The notes under the pieces were generated by a model. The model was not told the origin of the DNA, searched no databases, and saw only the letters and a program-made list of their open reading frames with translations. The position numbers and the translations under genes were made by a program. Of a DNA stretch of 64,000 bases, positions 55,899 to 64,000 are shown one piece after another. This DNA comes from Sphaerodactylus townsendi (Eukaryota), in contig NC_059439.1 in assembly GCF_021028975.2 (NCBI RefSeq), positions 39,680,001 through 39,744,000 of the forward strand, written 5' to 3'. Each line of letters begins with the position of its first letter. The first letter of the stretch is position 1.

Positions 55899-57589
55899 AA
55901 TGTCCCCCAGAAGCACTGCATTAGACAATACAAGCTGCTCAGCCCCCCCCCTCCCCATCTTGGAAAAGGTTCTCCTGCGTATGATGATGCAGAGCTGAAA
56001 TGCCTGAGAGCTGCAGGGGGAGGGGGGGGCAGAGAAGGTGTGTGTTGGACACAAAGGGGGCACCAGAAAATTAGCTGTCACATGTCCTTGCTGTCATGTT
56101 GCTTCTCCAGTTCTCTCCCCCCCCCCTACACACACACACACACACCCGTTCTGTCCCAGGTGGACTAAATCAACATCCCTTTTAATTGTCCCAATTTTGT
56201 CTCCAAAGTGTCTGGGGCAGGACCCCTGAGTGAGGAAAGAGGAGCCAGAACCCCACAGACGCACCATCGCGACCTCCACCCCACGAACGACAACATTGCC
56301 TGGAGCCACACAGTCCAGACTCCAAGCCCGTAAAGCCACCGTTCTTTTCCCCCCTGGGTTGACTTGCTTCTGCCTGCCTGTATTCCCGGAGACGGCTGAT
56401 TTGAGGGTCAGGATTGGTCGGCAGAACTGCCCCGAGAGCAGCCTCGGGAAAAGTGGGGAGTGCTGTGGGAGGGGCTCAGCCGTACACCTGGATTGTACAC
56501 CTGGGGGGCGGCGGTCAGGATTGCAGCCTTAGTTGGAGGGTTTCGGCGAGCTCACCCTCCTCCATGGCCACATGCTTTCCCCTGGGACTAAGGATACTCG
56601 TAGGAGCCGGTGCATGCTTTCCCATTCTTTTATGGGGGAAGGGCTGGGGGAGTCTAGGGGTTTGGAGAGGGGCCCACAGGGGAGATACGTTCACACCTGG
56701 GGAATGAGCCAGCAGGTGGGATGGAGACTGCGTGCCTCGCTTTGCAGGCAGGAAGTGGCCGTCCAGCTGCCCAATATGTGTAAACGTAGGGCACCATCTC
56801 CTTCGTGTTTTAGGAGCTCCCCCCATCCCCCCCCCCCCCCCCAGGCTCAGGCTAGTGCAGGAGGGGCCCGCTTGTTTGCCTGTAGATGGCACTGCAGCTA
56901 ACCTGTTTTTGACACAGCATATTTAAAGGACGGCCATTTTGCCCGTGCCAACCACTTGACAGCCGGATGCCACTTCTGCTTGGGTGTGTTTGCATGTGTG
57001 TGTGGTCATTTCCATAGACATTTCTCCTAGAGTTGCAAAAGGGACATCTTTGGGGCTTTCTTAAATTCCAGCTTAGCTCTCCTGGCCCGTCTGTTTTTTC
57101 TGTGGAGGAGAAAAAGGACCCTGGAGATTTGCAGCAGCTTCTTGTGAATCTCATAGGCTTCTCATTGTGCCTCCTCTGCCGGAATGAAGCAGGCACTTCT
57201 GTGGACCAGATCCCTGCAACTTCCGGCGTAGAACCTGGGCAGCTCCGCCTGCTGCCAATCTGCTTTGGACACCCTGTTAAGAACGCCAGTGCGGAGACCT
57301 GGAGTAGAGCCAAACGGGAAATGAGGAGGGAAAGCACTGGTGTTTGTTTCCCAGGCCAGGGCAACATAGCTCCAGGAGCCTGGCTTCCCAGTGGGGCCAA
57401 GCAGCAAGTGGGAACCCTCCTCAGACAAGGGAAGCAGCGGGGTCCCTCTGCACTGCCCTCGGGCAGACAGCGGCAGAACCGGTCCCGCAGGAAGAGCTCT
57501 TGGGATCTCAGCATAACATTTTGGCCCTAAGGCATCACTTCAATTAACCAATAAGCTAAGGACCTCAGCGCTGAGGCTGCTCAGGCCTT

Positions 57590-58350
57590 CGAGAATCCTA
57601 GAGTTGGAAGTGGCTAGTCATCTAGTCCGACCCCTGCTCAGCCTAGAGCATCTCAGACAAGGGTTTGTCCAGCCACTGCTTAAAGACTGCCAGTGAGGGG
57701 GAGCTCACCCCCGCCCCAGCAGCCGATTCCGTTGCTGAACTACTCTCACTGTAAGAAACATTCCTAATATCCAACTGGTTCCTTGTCATCTGTCATTTAT
57801 TGCGAGTGCTCTCCTCTCCTGCCAATAGGAACAACTCTCTGCCCTCTTCAAAGGGACAGCCTCTCAAATGCTTGAAGGAGACCAATCATGTTCTCCTCAG
57901 TCTCTTCTGCACGCTGGATGTCCCCAAGACCTCCAAGACCAAGTCTTTCCTCGCAGGCCCCTGATCCCCCTCCCCTTTCTCCTCTGCTCCCCCTCCATTC
58001 TGCCCACGCTTTTTTTGAAGTGAGGCCTTCAGAACGGCACACAGGAGGACTTCAGGCGTGGCCTGGCCAGTGTGCAACAGAACAACGGCATCTCACAATT
58101 TGGTTCTTATGCCTCTGTTGAGACACCCCAAGATCACATCGGCCTTTTTTGCCACTGCATAACACTGGCTGCTTGTATTCAGCTCACAGTCCACCCGTAT
58201 ACCTCTAGGTCACGTTCAGACACAGCGTTACCCAGAAGTGGATCCCCCACCCAGTCTGAGCGCTTCTCGTTCTTCTTACCCACATGCAGAACTCAGCACT
58301 TACCCTAGCCGAAGTGCATCTTGTTTGCATTTGCCTGCTTCTCTGAGGTG
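57590..58350 (-). mobile_element. Degraded CR1 3' fragment
   Basis: gaatcctagagttggaag...tctagtccgacccc terminus followed by decayed ORF2-like sequence. Confidence 0.65.
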
Positions 58351-58729
58351 TTCAGATCTAGCCACTGAGCCTGACTTTGTTGGGAAGGGCAGGATAAAAA
58401 CTGAAGAGTTGCCGTCACTTTGTGGCCTATCCAGAAACGGCACTTTTCAAAATGGGGATGTCAAACAAAACAGCCACTACTAGGATCTATTTCTGTGAAG
58501 CGACTTCTCTGTGCAAGTCCTTGTCAAGCACGTTCTTGCTGTGGGGCTCTGATGCCCCCTCCTTCCACACACAGCCAGTTTTGATGAGGTTTGCCGTATC
58601 TCTAGGAAATGAGGATAGACCCCCCCCTTCACCCCCCCCCATCAGGCACACCAGCCTGTCCAAAGGAGGCCTCAATGGGGCTTGCCACCTTTCTTTGCCC
58701 CGGGGCATTGCCTCCCCCCTGCCGAAGGC

Positions 58730-58943
58730 TATGGCTGCCAACCACCAGGTGGAGCCTGGAGCTAGCCCCCATTGACACCTGGCCTCCAGACAGCCAAGGT
58801 TCGTTCCTGTGAGAACGTGGCAGCCCTGGAGAGTGGACTTCGTTGCATGATATTCCACCGAGGTCCCGCCCTTCCTTGAGTCCTCTCCTCAGGCTCCACC
58901 CTTAATTCCCCAGGAATTTCCAAATCCAGAACTGGCGACCCTA
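58730..58943. mobile_element. Short MITE-like element
   Basis: Imperfect inverted ends TATGGCTGCCA / TGGCGACCCTA. Related decayed segments occur near 24500, 26800 and 40850. Confidence 0.45.
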
Positions 58944-59144
58944 CCAAAAGCCCGTCCTCCCACAGGATCAGCTGGGTTGGATCAGAAGGAGAGGAGATAT
59001 TCAAGGCTGTTTCCTGACTAACTGGCTTACTTTCAGAGGCCTTGGAATTCCCCAGGAGGGCTCCGTTTCCCATCACGCCCACCCCCTCCCAAAAGTTTTC
59101 ATGGAAGTTTATCTCCCTGCAGCCCCTCTGTATCCTGTGTAGCC

Positions 59145-59333
59145 ATGAAGCTGGAAAACACCTGCCCGGAGCAGCAGCTGGAGTTCACGGTCGCCACCGA
59201 GAAGGAGTTCGATGAGATTCTGGCCATGTCCAAGGGCATCTATGGAGGTCTCGACTACCTCCCAAGCCGCTACCACTCCTGGATCCGCGAGCCCAACCGC
59301 ACCGTTGTGCTGGCCAAGAAGAATGGAGCAGTG
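59145..59333 (+). CDS. NAT16: N-acetyltransferase 16 / histidine N-acetyltransferase, first coding exon (remainder beyond the window)
   Basis: MKLE...FTVATEKEFDEILAMSKGIYGGLDYLPSRYHSWIREPNRTVVLAKKNGAV, then donor GTGAGG (phase 0). Acceptor at 59122. No later exon found before 64000. Confidence 0.92.
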
Positions 59334-60617
59334 GTGAGGATATGGGAGAGTTGGGCCTCGAGCTCTGTGCTCTCCTTCAGTTCTCAGCCCACAGCCACCT
59401 TCCACTGCGGAGAGGCTGTGGGGAGAGAACGTTTGGCCCACAGAAGGCTGAAGAGGGGGCCCGCTCTGGATACTGCTGTGGAGCCGAGCCTGGGGAAGGG
59501 AGGTGGGGGCTGTGTGTGCAGCCCCTCCTTCTTCAGGGCCTGTTCCATAGGACCAAGTTGGAGGCTTTGGGTGCACACACCTGTCCTCTATGGAGCAGAA
59601 TAGTGCAGCTGTGACGAAAGCAAAGTGCAGGTAGCCAGCCGAGAAGTTAGGACACAGCTTGGCTGTCTGATGAGTCCCGCCTCTCAGTCTTGGAAGGCCT
59701 GGAAGGTTTGGTTTCGCAGAGGAGCAGTCGTGTTTCTTGGCGTGGCATTGCATATTCATGCAGGGTTGCATAGAAGCACATTTTGTATCTCAGATCCAGA
59801 TCTGAGGAGAAGGTGCAAACGTGCTTTAAATTATTGCCTGAAAGTGCATGTTACATTTTTTTTGGAAGGCAGCAGCTTGTTTTCATGATCTCAAATGTGC
59901 AGTTTTAAAAATGAAACTGAAATTTTGCTGGAAAATGAAACAAGTAGGTGCTGCCTGAAGTTTGCCCCACTCTAAGAGCTGGCAGGTGTTGCTGCAGGCA
60001 CCTTCTTCAAAGGGCAGGTTGAAATGAGGAAATGTGGCCTTTCTGGGGACTCACAGCCAGCCCGGACCAAACACGCACTTCCACGTGTAGCAAACACAGC
60101 AGCAGCTCCCTCGGGCCCCTCGTGGCTGGTGCAGTCATGGCGGAATAAGCTTTGGTGAGTCATGAGCTGCTTCATGAAATACATGAAGCATTTCTGTTGC
60201 TGGTTAGAAGTCACAAGAGTACCCCTCCCCCCCAAAAAAAAGCTGGAAAGAGAGGTTCATTGAATATAGACGGTCTGGGCCAAGGGCTCCAGTCATTCAC
60301 TGACGCCCAACTTTTCTTCCCAGTGGGCAACTAACCACGTTCTCTCTCCACCTCCATTTTGTCCATGAGTGTGGGAAAGCGTAATCATCCAGTGAGTTTT
60401 CATGACCAAGCAGGAACTCATACCTGGTTCCCCCAATACCTCACTACTGCACCATGCTGGGTTGCATTATTAAGCAGAGCGCAGACTGGAGGGAATCCCG
60501 GTGCAAAGAGCACAAGATTCCACCTGAGTGGTCGTGGTTTGCTTTGCTGATGTGAAACAGGCCAAGAAAGATAACTAGAGTGTGAGGCCGCACCCCGAGT
60601 CTGGTCCTGCGCAGCTG

Positions 60618-61378
60618 TGTGTCATAAAGAATGGTAAGGAAATAAACCCACAGAAATCAAGGTTAGAACAGAAAGATAGCTTTACTGGACAGCATAGGTA
60701 TCTGACCAGGGTGTCCCCTCCAAGAGAGGCACACCCACCTAGACAAAAGACTTCATTTGTATGGATACAAAGAGTACATACGTCATATAATCGTACCTGT
60801 AAATGTATCCCACATAATCATACCCCTTTCACGTGCTACGAGCATGAACCGTAAAATCCGTTTGGCTTGTCTGCCTATTTCTGTTTTGTTACACTAAAGC
60901 TGTAACATACGGCCCCCTACCCGTGGGCAAAGGGCTGCAATAAACTAAATTCTGTCTTTCAGGTTTTCAAGGATAACCAGTTTTTCCAACATTCCTAAGT
61001 TTGCTCCCAAAGAGAGATTTCCCCCAGCTAAACACATTTTCATGAATTCCTAAGGGTGGGGCATTCCCAAGGAGATATATCTTATTCCCTTTAAAAGATT
61101 TAAAACATGATTTTAACAATTATACAAACATTGATTCTACTAGAATTGAATTATAGTAAAATGCCAGTTATGTAAACCTCTCATTATAATTCCAGTGTTC
61201 ATTAAATATGGAAAAACACTTTATCGGTTAACTAATCACATTCATTTCTATTCTCTCTTTATTGCCCATATAGCTAGTTCTGACAAAGCTATCAAATGTA
61301 TGTCTTCTGTCACGTTTCTACCTTTAGAGACAAGATCTTAAAGACTGAATCTTTTGCTGACCTGTATAACCACTGACA
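60618..61378 (-). mobile_element. Solo LTR-like element, ~760 bp
   Basis: Ends TG(TG)TCA...TGACA with a 5-bp TSD AGCTG at 60613-60617 and 61379-61383. AT-rich; minus-strand AGTAAA near 60681. Confidence 0.6.
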
Positions 61379-61415
61379 AGCTGCTACGTGCCGTTTGACC
61401 TGCTGGTCTCTATAT

Positions 61416-61525
61416 AGAAGAAGAAGAGTTTGGATTTATATCCCACCCCCCTTTCTCTCCTGTAGGAGACTCAAAGGGGCTTGCAATCTCTTTACCCTTC
61501 CCCCCTCACAACAAACACCCTGTGA
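61416..61525 (-). mobile_element. Truncated Squam3-like SINE 3' end
   Basis: gaagaagagtttggatttatatcc...caccctgtgag. Confidence 0.75.
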
Positions 61526-62108
61526 GCTAGGTTGGCTTATACAGAAACCCAATTTTGATTTTTACAATCTCTGGTTCAGACAAACTCCATATTCCTTGCT
61601 ATCAAATACAATTTTTAGACATTTGGCCCATTCCCACAAGAGTTACCTGCACAGAGATCTGTAAGGAGCACCAGTTGCTTTCTCCCACAAGCTAGCCACT
61701 CTCAGCCCCTGTTGAGCCCAATCTCCAGACAGGATGAGAAGCGCATCAGAAGAGCCCTGCCGGATCAGACCGTGACCAAGGCCCTTCCAGCCCAGCATTC
61801 TGCCCACGCACCAGCCCTCCACCTGCCTCTAGGATGCCCGCTAGCCAGCCAGATGTGCACAGCTGTACCAATGCCGAAGCTTCCTGAAGGTGCCTCTTTA
61901 TGTTCCTCATGCACCTCACCTTCAGAAGTGATCCACACACACACACTGGGACGGGGTCTTGTGCCTGTATTTGCCAGCTCCTCTGTTTTGCTTCTCCTGC
62001 CACAGATCTAGTTCTGCCAAATCTGAGCAGAGCACTCCTCAAACTCACGAAGCCGCCTTTGGTCCCAAGATATTTGCCAGTCGTTGGGGTGCCTGCAACA
62101 GATTAGGA

Positions 62109-62601
62109 CAGTGGTGGCGAACCTATGGCACGGGTGCCAGAGGTGGCACTCAGAGCCCTCTCTGTGGGCACGTGTGCACAGAGTTCATCATGTGATAATA
62201 GTTTGATTATTTCAGGGAGATTATTAGCATTAAACCTAAGACCTAGTTTTGGGGAAGCGTTGGCGCTGCTAAATTTCTACTGATTTTCATGGGGAAGTTG
62301 AACCAAAAGCACTCCTTACCTGGGAGTAAGCTCGCTTGCCGGCAATGGGGCTTGCTTCTGAGTAAAACCCGCCTAGGGTTGTGATTCACCCGTTCGAAGC
62401 GTTGCACAGTTGCTTCAACGTAAAGCCACTGACTACCACCAAGCTTACTCCTGAGTAACGTGCGCCTTGGAGCCAAATGTTTTTTCTATACTAAAACCTC
62501 AGTATTCAAGTTAAATTGCCATGTTGGCACTTTGTGATAAATAACTTAGTTTTGTGGGTTGCAATTTGGGCACTCGACCTCGAAAAGGTTCGCCATCACT
62601 G
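62109..62601. mobile_element. Intact non-autonomous hAT element, 493 bp
   Basis: TIRs CAGTGGTGGCGAACCT / AGGTTCGCCATCACTG; perfect 8-bp TSD GATTAGGA. Confidence 0.9.
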
Positions 62602-63586
62602 GATTAGGAGCACGGCCTGTTTGGCAGAAGGGGGTGGCCAGACCCCCTTTTTAGGCCTTGCTGGCGAACGTCAGTCTCTCTTCATGAGGAAAGAGCTCCT
62701 AAGCCTGTCCTGGGCCCAGATGCAGATGCCAGCTCTGTGTCCGTGCAGGCAGGAGCCCTGCAGGAGCCAGAAACCTGGAGGACCTGCAGGCAAAGGAGCT
62801 CCAGGCAAGCCACACTGCAGAGGAAAACTGTCCCAGCGAGGCGGGCTGTGTTGCTCCAGAGCAGTATCCTGGGCCAGTTGCTACCCCCTTCGGTGCCTCT
62901 GATAGGGCCCTTGGGAGGGGGGCTGCTCTGGGTGTGGCAATCAATTATTGCCAGGAAGGGTGGGGGTGGGGGGCTTGATGCGTCTGGGTCGGTCTGGCAC
63001 ACACACTGGTGTGCAACCGTGGCACTGGAGCTGGGCATGATTTCTGGCCTCCCCATGGGTTTATCCCTCCCGGGTGACAGGCAGGCATTTGAGAGGAGGA
63101 ACCCAGTATCCGCATCGCTGGAACGAGTCAGCACTCTGCACGCGGAGACTGGCACTCGGTGGGGAAGGACGCTGGGGCCAGCCAGGCCGTGGGGCACCAG
63201 AGCAAGGCCAAGCTTCTCTCGGCAAGATCTGACAGGGTGATGGAGGAGACGGTGGCCCGTGGGGAGAGGCAGGAGCTGCCGCCCTCCTGATGGAACTCAG
63301 AGATCCCCCAAAGCCTTTTGCTTTGGAGGTTGACATTCAGTGGTGGCTCGGAGGGACCTTGAGGCAGGCCAGGCCTGGGATGGGAGTAAATGTTGGAGGG
63401 GCCAGGCTAATGTGTGGATGGAGCAGGTTGAAAGGCTGCCGGTGCCCACCCCCCAGGTGCTGCCAGGTGTAGCACACGCCCCCCCCCATCTGCGCCCAGC
63501 TCCAATTGTGCCAGCGGTTATCTTTCCTAAGATTCTGTGTTTCCAGCTTCACTCTGGGCTCTCTCTCTCTCTCTCTCTTCTGTGCC

Positions 63587-63587
<1 letters not shown>

Positions 63588-63628
<41 letters not shown>
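63588..63628. repeat. (TTTC)n microsatellite
   Basis: Directly visible. Confidence 0.9.
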
Positions 63629-63629
<1 letters not shown>

Positions 63630-63645
63630 CTCCTCTTTTCTTTTT

Positions 63646-64000
63646 TGAAAGAAAGCAATGGATTAAAACCGAATTATTTTCGCTGGATTTTATTCACGTA
63701 GGTGTGTGGGGGATCAGGCCCCCGTCAAGGAAGGTGGCGGGGCGCTCCCTCGGAGGACCGTGACGGGGCTGCCGGAGCGCGGATCCTAAATCCTTACAGT
63801 TCGGCCTCGGGACACAAGTTACCAAAATATATGTCTCCCTCTTTGTGTGTCTCTGCTCTTGAGACCCCCGTAGCATAAGGGGCCCCGTGCAATGGTACTA
63901 GTATGATCTGCTTACTCTGTGCTCTTGCTCGCTCGCTGCCGTTGTGCTCTTGCTTGTAATCATTTTAATCATGTGCTCAGACCCGCCTGGGAACGGGGCT
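63646..64000 (-). mobile_element. Possible retroviral LTR end, running off the window
   Basis: Begins TGAAAGA (minus strand ...TCTTTCA), minus-strand AATAAA near 63689, CpG-containing. The other end is not visible. Confidence 0.35.

Overview
GC-rich vertebrate genomic DNA, most likely a squamate/gecko: it carries Squam3-type tRNA SINEs with (TTC)n tails, plus CR1, L2, Penelope-like and hAT elements. There is one 257-N gap (14666-14922). Spliced genes rebuilt by hand, with phase-consistent GT-AG junctions, in order: an L6/TM4SF tetraspan gene (-), MBLAC1 (-), TAF6 (+, 14 coding exons, head-to-head with MBLAC1), a small 3-exon gene resembling the spermatid SPEM1 family (-), a PILRA-like ITIM receptor (+), a 6-exon MOGAT1/2-type acyltransferase (+), MOGAT3 (+) and the first coding exon of NAT16 (+). 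Most of these are human 7q22.1 genes. The most notable items are: (1) the SPEM1-like gene, with a solo LTR just upstream; (2) a PILR-like receptor that keeps the canonical Ig disulfide and whose only canonical poly(A) signals are transposon-derived; (3) an intact gene at the position of human pseudogene DGAT2L7P; (4) a TM4SF gene of the fish tm4sf21 type. All homology calls come from remembered sequences and motifs, not from searches.
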